Below are positions 9,288 to 18,739 of a stretch of DNA of 64,000 nt, piece by piece. Position 1 is the first letter of the stretch, and each line of letters begins with the position of its first letter. This DNA comes from Pseudomonadota bacterium (GTDB lineage: Bacteria; Pseudomonadota; Gammaproteobacteria; Steroidobacterales; Steroidobacteraceae), in NCBI GenBank assembly GCA_025351005.1, contig JANXWS010000088.1, forward strand, positions 8,648 to 72,647. The letters are read 5' to 3'. The translations under genes were made by a program, and so were the position numbers. Under the pieces are notes generated by a model. It saw only the letters and a list, made by a program, of their open reading frames with translations. It was not told the DNA's origin and did no database searches.

Positions 9288-10541
9288 ATGGCGCGCGCAG
9301 AGGGCGAGCTGCGCCGGCTGGCGCTGTCGTTCGGCTACTTCGCGCTGCTGCTATCGAGCTACTACCTGATCCGGCCGGTCCGCGACGCGCTCGTCGCCGG
9401 CAGCGGTGCGCGCTCGATCCCAAGCCTGGCGACGGCCGTGTTCGCGGTCATGCTGCTGATCGTGCCGCTGTTCGGCTGGCTGGTCGCGCACGTGCGCCGC
9501 TCGCGGTTGCTGCCGCTGACCTACGCGTTCTTCGCCGCCAACCTGCTGCTGTTCGCGCTGCTGTTCCGGGTCGAACCGGAGAACATCTGGACCGGGCGCG
9601 TGTTCTACGTCTGGACGACCGTATTCAACCTCTTCGTCGTGTCCGTGTTCTGGAGCTTCATGGCCGAGACCTGGACGGAGCAGGACGGCCGGCGCCTGTT
9701 CGGCGTCATCGCCGCGGGCGGCAGCCTCGGCGGCGTCGCCGGGCCGCTCGCCGCCCGCGCCTTCGTCGGCGCGATCGGCACGGCAGGGCTCGCGGCCATC
9801 GCGGCGGTGCTGCTCGGCGCAACTGTCCTCTGCATCCTGCCTCTGGCCCGCGATGCGCGCGAGCGCGGCCGGCTCGGTGCCGGCCACCCGGGCAAACCCG
9901 CCGGCGCCGACGAGCCGGTCGGCGGCGAGATCCTGGCCGGCCTCACGCGCCTCGCCGCGTCGCCGTTCCTGCTCGGCATCGCGGCCCTGGTCATGCTCGG
10001 CTCGCTGCTCGGGATGCTGGTCTACATCGAGATGGCGAAGGCGGCGCAGGGACTGTTCGCGACGGCCGCCGGGCGCACGGCGTTTTTTGCAGAGCGAGAC
10101 CTGTGGGTGAACGGCGGCAGCTTCCTGCTGCAGCTGCTCGCGGTCGGGCCGCTGGCACGACGCTTCGGTGTCCGGCCGCTGCTGGTCGGCGCCGCGCTGC
10201 TCGCGGCCACGGTCCTGGCCGGTGTCAGTCTCGTACCGACCGCCGCCGCACTGTTCGCGGCCAGCGTCGGGCTGCGCACGACCGAGTTCGGCGTCGCCAA
10301 GCCGAACCGCGACATGCTCTACACGGTCGTCGACGCCGAGACCAAGTACAAGGTCAAGAACGTCGTCGACACCGTCGTCTACCGGGGCAGCGACGTGCTC
10401 TCGGGATGGATCCACGCGGGCCTGGCAGCGCTCGGCCTGACGCTCGCCGGCATCGCCGCGTTCGGCGCCGCGACCGCCTGCCTGCTCGCGCTCGGCGCTT
10501 ACTGGGTCGGCGTGGGCTATCGCAGCCGCGGCGGCGTCTGA
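9288..10541 (+). CDS. MFS-type transporter of the ATP/ADP-translocase-like (TLC/AAA, Npt1/Npt2-like) family; substrate unknown
   Basis: About 12 hydrophobic segments. N-terminal LLSSYYLIRPVRDALV resembles the signature of NTP/NDP-exchanger-like MFS proteins. Starts 2 nt after the ccmI stop. Confidence 0.6.
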   Translation: MARAEGELRRLALSFGYFALLLSSYYLIRPVRDALVAGSGARSIPSLATAVFAVMLLIVPLFGWLVAHVRRSRLLPLTYAFFAANLLLFALLFRVEPENIWTGRVFYVWTTVFNLFVVSVFWSFMAETWTEQDGRRLFGVIAAGGSLGGVAGPLAARAFVGAIGTAGLAAIAAVLLGATVLCILPLARDARERGRLGAGHPGKPAGADEPVGGEILAGLTRLAASPFLLGIAALVMLGSLLGMLVYIEMAKAAQGLFATAAGRTAFFAERDLWVNGGSFLLQLLAVGPLARRFGVRPLLVGAALLAATVLAGVSLVPTAAALFAASVGLRTTEFGVAKPNRDMLYTVVDAETKYKVKNVVDTVVYRGSDVLSGWIHAGLAALGLTLAGIAAFGAATACLLALGAYWVGVGYRSRGGV

Positions 10542-10779
10542 GGAGCGGAGGTCGCCGGGCGGCGCGCCCGCGGCCCGCGTCGCGAGGGTAGGCCCTGAGC
10601 AGTGAAACGTCTACGATACGGCCGATGGCAGCTGCATCCGGCACACCGCGCGCGACCGGCGCCCGTGCGACGCGCCGGGGCCCGGACTCCGGCCGCTGGG
10701 CCACCGTCGGACGCGTCCTCGATCGGTGGCCGCGCCTCGAGGCTGTGCCGGCCCGCGACCGCTCGGACCTGGAGTGTCG

Positions 10780-11838
10780 ATGCTTTTCGTGACGGGCGGT
10801 GCGGGTTTCATCGGCAGCAATTTCGTGCTCGACTGGCTGGCGGGCTCGGACGAGCCCGTCGTCAACATCGACAAGCTGACCTACGCCGGCAACCTCGAGA
10901 ACCTGGCGTCGATCCGGGACGACCGCCGGCACCTGTTCGTCGAGGGCGACATCGGCGACAGCGAGCTGCTGGCGCGCCTGCTCGCCGTGCACCGGCCGCG
11001 GGCGATCGTCAACCTCGCGGCGGAGAGCCACGTCGACCGCAGCATCCTGGGCCCTGAGCACTTCATCGAGACCAACATCGTCGGCACGTTCCGACTGCTC
11101 GAGGCGGCGCGCGCCTACTGGAGCGCGCTGCAAGGGGAGCCCAGGGACGCGTTCCGTTTCCTGCACGTGTCGACCGACGAAGTCTACGGCTCGCTGGCGG
11201 CGGGGCTGCCCGCATTCGGCGAGACCTGCCGCTACGAGCCGAACAGCCCGTACTCGGCCAGCAAGGCGGCGAGCGACCACCTGGTGCGCGCCTACCACCA
11301 GACCTATGGGCTGCCGGTGCTGACCACGAACTGCTCCAACAACTACGGCCGCTACCAGTTCCCGGAGAAGCTGATCCCGCTCGTGATCCACAACGCGCTG
11401 GCCGGCAAGCCGCTGCCGCTCTACGGCGACGGCCGGCAGGTGAGGGACTGGCTCTACGTCGGTGACCACTGCAGCGCGATCTGTCGCGTCCTCGATGCAG
11501 GCCGGGTCGGCGAGACGTACAACATCGGCGGCTGGAACGAGAAGCCGAACCGGGAAGTGGTCGAGACGGTGTGCGCGATCCTCGACCAGCTCCGCCCGCG
11601 CGCCGATGGCCTGCCTCACGCGCGGCAGATAAGCTTCGTCAAGGACCGCCCCGGTCACGATCGCCGCTATGCGATCGATGCCTCCAAGATCGCGCGCGAG
11701 CTCGGCTGGAGACCGACCGAGACCTTCGACACCGGCATCCGCAAGACCGTGCAGTGGTATCTCGGGAACCCGGCGTGGGTGCAGGGCGTCACGAGCGGCG
11801 CCTATCGCGAGTGGGTCGGCAGACACTACGGCCATTGA
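10780..11838 (+). CDS. rfbB: dTDP-glucose 4,6-dehydratase
   Basis: [16 protein letters not shown], catalytic [16 protein letters not shown] Shine-Dalgarno 6 nt upstream of the ATG at 10780. Confidence 0.92.
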   Translation: MLFVTGGAGFIGSNFVLDWLAGSDEPVVNIDKLTYAGNLENLASIRDDRRHLFVEGDIGDSELLARLLAVHRPRAIVNLAAESHVDRSILGPEHFIETNIVGTFRLLEAARAYWSALQGEPRDAFRFLHVSTDEVYGSLAAGLPAFGETCRYEPNSPYSASKAASDHLVRAYHQTYGLPVLTTNCSNNYGRYQFPEKLIPLVIHNALAGKPLPLYGDGRQVRDWLYVGDHCSAICRVLDAGRVGETYNIGGWNEKPNREVVETVCAILDQLRPRADGLPHARQISFVKDRPGHDRRYAIDASKIARELGWRPTETFDTGIRKTVQWYLGNPAWVQGVTSGAYREWVGRHYGH

Positions 11839-11840
11839 GC

Positions 11841-12728
11841 GTGAAGATCCTGCTCACCGGCGGCAACGGCCAGGTCGGCTTCGAGCTGCGGCGGTCGCTC
11901 GCGCCGCTTGGCGAGCTGCTGGTGGTCGACCGCGCCGACTGCGATCTCGCCGACGAGGCGGCGCTCCGGCGCCTGATCCGCGCTGCGCGGCCCGAGGCCA
12001 TCGTCAACGCGGCGGCCTACACCGCGGTCGACCGGGCCGAGTCGGAGGCGGCGACCGCGGTCGCCGTCAACGCGCGCGCCCCGGGCGTGATCGGCGACGA
12101 AGCCGCGCGGCTCGGCGCCTGCGTCGTGCACTTCTCCACGGACTACGTGTTCGACGGCAGCAAGCCCTCGCCCTACACCGAGAGCGATGCCACCAACCCG
12201 CAAAGCGTCTACGGCCGCAGCAAGCGCGACGGCGAGCTCGCGCTCGAGCGGAGCGGCGCCCCGCACCTGATCCTTCGCGCCAGCTGGGTCGTGGGCGCGC
12301 ACGGCAACAACTTCGCGAAGACCATCCTGCGGCTGGCCGCGGAACGCGACAGCCTCGGCGTCGTCGCGGACCAGTTCGGCGTACCGACGCCGGCGTCGCT
12401 GCTGGCGGACGTCACGGGCGAGCTGCTGCGCCGCTCGGCAGGCGAGGGGCGCGCGGGGTTTCCATTCGGGCTCTATCACCTGGTACCGGCCGGGGAGACG
12501 AGCTGGTACCAGTACGCGTGCTGCGTGCTCGAGCAGGCCGCGGCCGCCGGCCGGGCGCTTCGGGTCACCGCCGACCGGGTCCGGCCGCTGACCACCGCCG
12601 AATACCCGACCGTGGCCCGCCGGCCGCCGAACTCGAGGCTCGACACCGCCCGCATCCGGAAGGCGTTCGGCCTGCAGCTTCCGGACTGGCAGGCGGGCAT
12701 CCGGACCGTCCTTCAGGCGATACTCTGA
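11841..12728 (+). CDS. rfbD: dTDP-4-dehydrorhamnose reductase
   Basis: [24 protein letters not shown] (YxxxK). GTG start 3 nt after the rfbB stop. Confidence 0.88.
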   Translation: MKILLTGGNGQVGFELRRSLAPLGELLVVDRADCDLADEAALRRLIRAARPEAIVNAAAYTAVDRAESEAATAVAVNARAPGVIGDEAARLGACVVHFSTDYVFDGSKPSPYTESDATNPQSVYGRSKRDGELALERSGAPHLILRASWVVGAHGNNFAKTILRLAAERDSLGVVADQFGVPTPASLLADVTGELLRRSAGEGRAGFPFGLYHLVPAGETSWYQYACCVLEQAAAAGRALRVTADRVRPLTTAEYPTVARRPPNSRLDTARIRKAFGLQLPDWQAGIRTVLQAIL

Positions 12729-12732
12729 GCCC

Positions 12733-13617
12733 ATGAGCGCACGCAAAGGCATCATCCTCGCAGGCGGGTCCGGCACGCGGCTCTATCCGATCACGCTTGC
12801 CGTGTCGAAGCAGCTGCTGCCGATCCACGACAAGCCGATGATCTACTACCCGTTGAGCACGCTGATGCTCGCCGGGATCCGGGACATCCTGATCATCTCG
12901 ACGCCGGCGGACACGCCGCGCTTCACGCAGCTGCTCGGCGACGGCACGCAGTGGGGGCTCGAGCTGCGTTACGCCGTGCAGCCGAGCCCGGGGGGGCTCG
13001 CCCAGGCCTTCATCATCGGCCGCGACTTCGTCGGCGGCAGCAACAGCGCGCTGGTGCTCGGCGACAACATCTTCTACGGCCATGAGTTCGCAAACGAGCT
13101 GCGCGAGGCCTCCGCGCGCAGCGAGGGCGCGACCGTGTTCGCCTACCACGTCACGGATCCGGAGCGTTACGGCGTGGTCGAATTCGACCGGCACGGACGC
13201 GCGATCAGCCTCGAGGAGAAGCCGGCGACGCCCAAGTCCAGCTACGCCGTCACCGGGCTTTACTTCTACGACAACCAGGTGCTCGACATGGCGCGCGGCC
13301 TGCGCCCGTCAGCCCGCGGCGAGCTCGAGATCACCGACATCAACCGTATCTACCTCGAACGGCGCGCGCTGCTCGTCAAGGTGCTGGGCCGCGGCCACGC
13401 CTGGCTCGATACCGGCACCCACGGGAGCCTGCTCGATGCCAGCCAGTTCATCGCCACCATCGAGGCGCGGCAGGGACTGAAGGTCGCCTGCCCCGAGGAA
13501 ATCGCCTTCCGGCAGGGCTACATCGACGCGGCCCAGCTCGAACGGCTGGCGGCGGCGTTGCAGATGAGTCCCTACGGACGCTACCTGATGGGGCTGTTGG
13601 CGGAACAGGTGTTCTGA
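12733..13617 (+). CDS. rfbA: Glucose-1-phosphate thymidylyltransferase
   Basis: [17 protein letters not shown] nucleotidyltransferase motif; ~294 aa. Confidence 0.93.
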   Translation: MSARKGIILAGGSGTRLYPITLAVSKQLLPIHDKPMIYYPLSTLMLAGIRDILIISTPADTPRFTQLLGDGTQWGLELRYAVQPSPGGLAQAFIIGRDFVGGSNSALVLGDNIFYGHEFANELREASARSEGATVFAYHVTDPERYGVVEFDRHGRAISLEEKPATPKSSYAVTGLYFYDNQVLDMARGLRPSARGELEITDINRIYLERRALLVKVLGRGHAWLDTGTHGSLLDASQFIATIEARQGLKVACPEEIAFRQGYIDAAQLERLAAALQMSPYGRYLMGLLAEQVF

Positions 13618-14153
13618 TGCGGGCGACCCGCACGGCGATCGCGGACGTGCTCGTGCTCGAACCGCGCGTTTTCGGCGACCAGCGCGGTTTCTTCTTCGAG
13701 AGCTTCAACGAGCGGACCTTTCGCGACTTGACCGGGCTCGAGGTGAGCTTCGTCCAAGACAACCACTCGAAGAGCGCCCGCAACGTGCTGCGCGGCCTGC
13801 ACTACCAGGTCGCGCCGCGGGCCCAGGGCAAGCTGGTGCGTGTCACCGCGGGCAGCGTCTTCGACGTCGCGGTCGACATCCGCAAGGGATCGCCCACCTA
13901 CGGTCGCTGGGTCGGCGACCTGCTGAGCGCCGAGAACAAGCGGCAGCTGTGGATCCCCGCGGGCCTCGCGCACGGTTTCCTGACGCTGAGCGACAGTGCC
14001 GAATTCCTCTACAAGGCCACCGACTACTGGTCGCCGGAGCACGAGCGTTGCATCGCCTGGAACGATCCCGATCTCGCCGTGGAGTGGCCGCTGCAGGGGC
14101 CGCCGATCGTTTCGCCGAAGGACACGATGGCGGCAGCATTCGCGAGCCTGTAG
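13617..14153 (+). CDS. rfbC: dTDP-4-dehydrorhamnose 3,5-epimerase
   Basis: FVQDNHS...RGLHYQ cupin motifs; 178 aa. Start overlaps the rfbA stop. Confidence 0.92.
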   Translation: MRATRTAIADVLVLEPRVFGDQRGFFFESFNERTFRDLTGLEVSFVQDNHSKSARNVLRGLHYQVAPRAQGKLVRVTAGSVFDVAVDIRKGSPTYGRWVGDLLSAENKRQLWIPAGLAHGFLTLSDSAEFLYKATDYWSPEHERCIAWNDPDLAVEWPLQGPPIVSPKDTMAAAFASL

Positions 14154-14215
14154 CGGGCCGCTCGCGACGCTGGGCCAACGCAGGCGACATCGGCACGGGG
14201 AAGCGTATGTAAAGT

Positions 14216-14244
14216 TTATTATCATGAACATTCTTCAATATAAT
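14216..14244 (+). promoter_or_regulatory. Candidate sigma70-type promoter in an AT-rich island upstream of the M13 peptidase gene
   Basis: Perfect -10 TATAAT at 14239-14244. Weak -35 TTATTA at 14216-14221 (17-nt spacer). A/T-rich UP-like sequence upstream; about 77 nt before the ATG at 14321. Confidence 0.3.
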
Positions 14245-14320
14245 GATTAATATAGATTTATGTTGATCTCCTCGTCGCGGCTCACCGGCACCGGTGGCCG
14301 CCTCGAGCCGGGGGGAGCGA

Positions 14321-16411
14321 ATGGGACTGCGCAGGATTTTCATCGGCCTGACCGCGCACGCGCTGCTCGCGTGTTCGGCCGCGGCACTGGCGGCCGAGGC
14401 GCCGCCGCCGGACAGCGGGCAGCCGGTCTACGGCACCTGGGGCTTCGACCTGGAGGGTCGCGACGCAGCGACCAGACCGGGCGCGGATTTTTTCCGCTAT
14501 GCGAACGGCAGCTGGCTCGACCGGCACGAGATTCCGCCCGACAAGTCGGTCTATACGTTGCGCATCGTGATGTCGGACTGGATCGACCAGCGGCTGCGAG
14601 GCCTGCTCGAGGAAGCCGCCAAGGACGCGCGTGAGGAGCCCGCGAGCCTGCAGGGCAAGGTCGGCGCGTACTACCGCGCCTTCATGGCTGAGGACCGGGT
14701 CGAGCAGCTCGGCGCGACGCCCATCGAGCCCGAGCTCGCCGCCATCCGCGGCACCCGCAGCCGCGCCGCGCTAGCGGGCCTGATGGGGCGCAGCAACGCA
14801 AGCTTCATCGACAGCGTGTTCGCGTTCGGCATCGATGTCGACCTCAAGGATCCTTCTCGCTACGCCCTCTACATCGGCCAGGCGGACCTCGGACTGCCGG
14901 ATCGCGACTATTACCTGCAGGCGGGATTCGCCCGCCAGAAGGCGGCGTACCGGGCGTACGCGACCCGGCTGCTGGCGCTGGCCGGCTGGCCGCATCCCGA
15001 CCAGAGCGCCCTCGACCTCGTCGCGTTCGAGACCCGTATCGCGCGCGCGAGCTGGAGCCGGACCGAGCAGCGGGACGTCGACCGCACGTACAACCCGATG
15101 GCGGTCGGCGAGCTCGAGCGCCTCGCGCCCGAATTCCCGTGGACAGCGTTTCTCGGCGAGGCCGGCCTCGGCGGCCTGCCGCGCGTGATCATCCGCGAGA
15201 AGAGCGCGTTCCCCAAGCTCGCCCGCGTCGTCGCGACGACGCCGCTGCCGGTGCTGCGGGCATGGGCGGCGTTCCGGGTCGCCGATAACTCCGCGCCTTA
15301 CCTGGCCCGGCCTTTCGCCGAGGCGCACTTCGAGTTGCACGGCCGGACCCTGTCCGGACAGCAACAGCAGCAGCCGCGCTGGCAGCGGGCGATCCACGCC
15401 ATCAGTGGCGACTTCGGCAGCGACGCGCGCGGCGACACCTTTGGCACGATGGGCTGGGCGGTGGGCGAGCTGTACACCGACCGGTACTTCCCGCCGTCGG
15501 CCAAGGCGAACATCGAACGCATGGTGTCCAACCTGAAGGCCGCATTCCACGCGCGCATCGAGGCACTCGACTGGATGGGCCCCGCCACCAGGGCCGAGGC
15601 GCTGCGCAAGCTCGACACGTACAACATCAAGGTCGGTTATCCGGACCATCGGCGCGACTACTCGACGCTCGTGATTCGCGACGACGACGTCGTCGGCAAC
15701 GTCCGCCGCGCGGCGGCGCACGAGTGGGACTTCTTCCGGCACCGTTATTCGGGGCCCGTCGACCGGGACGCCTGGGGCATGACGCCGCAGACCAACAACG
15801 CCTACAACGGCAGCCTGCGTGACATCGTGCTGCCGGCGGGCGTACTGCAGGCGCCGATCTTCGACCCGAACGCCGATCCGGCGATCAACTACGGCGCCGC
15901 CGGCGCCTACATCTCCCACGAGCTGACACATGGATTCGACGACCAGGGACGCAAGATCGACGCGGACGGGCGCATTCGCGACTGGTGGACGGCGACAGAC
16001 GCGAAGGAATTCGAGTCCCGCGCCGCTCGGCTGCGGGCGCAGTACTCGGCCTTCGAACCGCTGCCCGGCGTGCACGTCAATGGCGAGCTGACCCTCGGCG
16101 AGAACATCGCCGACGCCGGCGGCCTGGCGATCGCGCTCGACGCCTACCGCGCCTCGCTGCACGGCCAGCCGGCGCCGGTGCTGGACGGCTACAGCGGCGA
16201 GCAGCGCGTGTTCCTGGGCTGGGCCCAGGCATGGCGCGGGAAGTTGTCGGACGACTACCTGCGCAAGATGGTGGTCAGCGACCCGCACTCACCGCGGATG
16301 TACCGCGTCAACGGCGTCGTGCGCAACGTGGACGCATGGTACGAACTCTTCGGGGTCACGCCCGGGGACAAGATGTACGTGCCACCCGCGAACCGCGTGC
16401 ACATCTGGTAG
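14321..16411 (+). CDS. M13 family zinc metallopeptidase (PepO / endothelin-converting-enzyme-like), exported
   Basis: Signal peptide MGLRRIFIGLTAHALLACSAAALA, HExxH in HELTHGFDDQG, downstream GENIADAGG (ExxxD). GGGGGAG Shine-Dalgarno before the ATG at 14321. Confidence 0.88.
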   Translation: MGLRRIFIGLTAHALLACSAAALAAEAPPPDSGQPVYGTWGFDLEGRDAATRPGADFFRYANGSWLDRHEIPPDKSVYTLRIVMSDWIDQRLRGLLEEAAKDAREEPASLQGKVGAYYRAFMAEDRVEQLGATPIEPELAAIRGTRSRAALAGLMGRSNASFIDSVFAFGIDVDLKDPSRYALYIGQADLGLPDRDYYLQAGFARQKAAYRAYATRLLALAGWPHPDQSALDLVAFETRIARASWSRTEQRDVDRTYNPMAVGELERLAPEFPWTAFLGEAGLGGLPRVIIREKSAFPKLARVVATTPLPVLRAWAAFRVADNSAPYLARPFAEAHFELHGRTLSGQQQQQPRWQRAIHAISGDFGSDARGDTFGTMGWAVGELYTDRYFPPSAKANIERMVSNLKAAFHARIEALDWMGPATRAEALRKLDTYNIKVGYPDHRRDYSTLVIRDDDVVGNVRRAAAHEWDFFRHRYSGPVDRDAWGMTPQTNNAYNGSLRDIVLPAGVLQAPIFDPNADPAINYGAAGAYISHELTHGFDDQGRKIDADGRIRDWWTATDAKEFESRAARLRAQYSAFEPLPGVHVNGELTLGENIADAGGLAIALDAYRASLHGQPAPVLDGYSGEQRVFLGWAQAWRGKLSDDYLRKMVVSDPHSPRMYRVNGVVRNVDAWYELFGVTPGDKMYVPPANRVHIW

Positions 16412-16505
16412 CTCGGCCGGCGGCCGTTCGCAGAGCGGATCATGATCGTCCTCAGGGCGTCGCAGCGCAGCCGCTCCCGCCAGCGCGGGCGCTTGGCGCG
16501 AGCGC

Positions 16506-17558
16506 GTGGCTGACGTGGTCGCCGCGCTCGGCACGGCCGGACCGTCAGCGGTTCCGGTGGTCGACATCCGCTCGCTGTTCGCGCCGCCGACGCGCGAGCG
16601 CGATGCCACGGACGCGGCGATCCTGGAGGCCGCCCGGAGCGTCGCATTCCTGATCATTACCGGATTGCCGGCCGCGGTGCCGCTCGGACCGGCGGCCCGG
16701 CGTGAGCTCCTGCGCATATTCGGGCTCGCGCCCGACGCGATTCGAGGCCTGTGGCGCCGCAAGTTCGAGCCCCGCAACCCAAACGTCTACCGCGGCTGGT
16801 TCCCGCTGCAGCCCGGCAATCTGACGAGCAAGGAGGGCATCGATCTCGGCGCCGACGTGGCCTACGGCGCGTCTGTCGTGCGCGCCGACGACCCGCTGCA
16901 GGAGCGGACCCCGCTGCCCGCGGAGTCCGACCTGCCGGGCTGGCGGACGGCGGTCGCCGCCTATTACAAGGCGATGAGCGACGTATCGGCCACGCTCATG
17001 AGGTCAATCGCCCGCAGCCTTGGCCTGGACGAGTGTTTCTTCGACCGCGCGTTTCACCACGGCCTGTCGACGCTCAGGCTGCTGCGCTACCCCGTGCGAA
17101 GCGCCACCGAACTGGCAACCGTCGACGACCCGGCGCTCTGGACCGGCGCCCTCGACGGACGGAACTACGTGACCGGCGCCGCTCACACGGACTCGGGATT
17201 CATGACGCTGCTCGCGCAGGACGGGGTGCCGGGATTGCAGGCCCGCAACCGCGATGGTCGCTGGGTCGATGTGCCGCCTCTCGAGGGCGGACTTGCGGTC
17301 AACTTCGGGCAGGTGCTCGAGCGCTGGTCGGGCACGCGTATCCGGGCGACCGAACACCGAGTCGTCGGCAGGGGCGAGCAGCGCTACTCGATTCCGTTCT
17401 TCTACGAGGCACGGGCCGATGCGGACATCCGCCCCCTGCCGATGGACGACGCCGCGAGTTTCGAGCCGTTCTTGTTCGGCGACTACCTGTGGGCGCGCAT
17501 CACGAAGTTCGTGGAGTTTCGCGGCATGCAGGCGGAACGCACACCGCGGCGCGGCTAG
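16506..17558 (+). CDS. 2-oxoglutarate/Fe(II)-dependent oxygenase (isopenicillin-N-synthase-like family)
   Basis: HxD in AHTDSGFMTLL, distal His in ATEHRV, RxS in RYSIPFF. The GTG start is uncertain. Confidence 0.8.
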   Translation: MADVVAALGTAGPSAVPVVDIRSLFAPPTRERDATDAAILEAARSVAFLIITGLPAAVPLGPAARRELLRIFGLAPDAIRGLWRRKFEPRNPNVYRGWFPLQPGNLTSKEGIDLGADVAYGASVVRADDPLQERTPLPAESDLPGWRTAVAAYYKAMSDVSATLMRSIARSLGLDECFFDRAFHHGLSTLRLLRYPVRSATELATVDDPALWTGALDGRNYVTGAAHTDSGFMTLLAQDGVPGLQARNRDGRWVDVPPLEGGLAVNFGQVLERWSGTRIRATEHRVVGRGEQRYSIPFFYEARADADIRPLPMDDAASFEPFLFGDYLWARITKFVEFRGMQAERTPRRG

Positions 17559-17795
17559 CGCTGCCCCTGCCGCCTCCGCGGAGGCTGCGCGTAGCCGTCG
17601 TGATCCGTCGTCTTCGCGCCGAAAGCGCTTCGTGTATCAGGCGTGCAGCCGGGCGCGACAAGTCACGATCGAGCTCCGGAGACCGGACACTCTGGACTGT
17701 CTGATGTAGGTAGATCCCCGTCGTTAAGAGTACCCGTAGCGCTTGCCGGGCCCGAACGAGCCTCATGATCGGGGCGACACACCAGTCGCGAGTCG

Positions 17796-18470
17796 CTATT
17801 CCAAGCCCAGACGATCCGCGCGGGTCCGCTCTACCCAGTATGCAAACGCAGCCGATGCGCCGTATGCGAGCAGGCCGAGACCAGAGAAGGCGGCGGCACC
17901 TTGCGGGGGCGCAGAGAACCAGTTGATCGACTGGATCAGGAGCAGGTAGCCAAGGAGCAGCCAGGGCGACCAGCGGCCCCATTCGGTCCGGGCGCGAGTC
18001 GCCCTCAGGTAGATCCAGAAGGCGCCCAACAGCAGGCCAATCTCGAGCGGCATCTCGATTCTCGGCCAGTCCCACAATCCGAATCCGAGCTTGACGGGCT
18101 CGTCGTCGAATATCCCGAGGTCCGGTCGATGCACGACCAGGTCGAGCAACCAGTGCGAGAACACGAGGGCCGCGACGATCGCCCCGGCAACCAGCTTTCG
18201 GTCGCGAGCGACGATCGCGGCGATCAGTGCGCCCGCGGCCAGCGCCCACGCGGCCGATCCGGCGAGGCTGTGCGTGTATGGCATGTAGTAGAGGTCGACC
18301 GGCATGATGCCGGCGATGGCGGGATCCGGCCGCCATTTCTCGACCCCAAAAAAGGCGAGGGAGAAAAATCCAATGTCGACGAGCTGCACCGCCACGAAGC
18401 ATGTGGCGAGATTCGGAGACTTGGGAATCGTTCTGGCGGCGAACGCGGCCGCGTAATGTCCGACGAACAT
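17796..18470 (-). CDS. Membrane-bound metal-dependent hydrolase-like protein (DUF457/YdjM-like)
   Basis: Multi-TM protein with His-containing motifs MFVGHY..., PYTHSL, FSHWLLDLVVH typical of YdjM-like proteins. Lower GC than the flanks. Confidence 0.6.
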   Translation of the reverse strand: MFVGHYAAAFAARTIPKSPNLATCFVAVQLVDIGFFSLAFFGVEKWRPDPAIAGIMPVDLYYMPYTHSLAGSAAWALAAGALIAAIVARDRKLVAGAIVAALVFSHWLLDLVVHRPDLGIFDDEPVKLGFGLWDWPRIEMPLEIGLLLGAFWIYLRATRARTEWGRWSPWLLLGYLLLIQSINWFSAPPQGAAAFSGLGLLAYGASAAFAYWVERTRADRLGLE

Positions 18471-18695
18471 CGTGGGCTCCGCCTCGAATCGCTCTAGGAT
18501 CGATCAAAACGATTGCCGTCGCCACAACCGACGAGCATGCCTGCCGCGGCAGAGTGCCGACCCAAGCCGAGTGCGCCGCCGGGCGGCCGCGAGCCATTCA
18601 TAACAGTCGGGCAGCGGAAGCAGGCAAGGGGGCGCGCAGGCCGTCGGGCGGCGGTGGGTGGCCATGACCGGCCAGCCAGTCACTAGCTCTGTTTC

Positions 18696-18739
18696 AGCTT
18701 AGTTGAAATGTCCACCCGCTGGCTAAGTTGAAATGTCCG
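18696..18739. repeat. IS left-end terminal repeats (two units)
   Basis: AGCTTAGTTGAAATGTCCA (18696-18714) and GGCTAAGTTGAAATGTCCG (18721-18739). The transposase TAG stop lies inside the second unit. Confidence 0.75.

Noticed and set aside
18471-18695. LexA (SOS) box upstream of the YdjM-like hydrolase gene (E. coli ydjM is LexA-regulated).
   Set aside because: Neither CTGT-N8-ACAG nor a Xanthomonas-type TTAGTA...TACTAA box was found in the upstream region.
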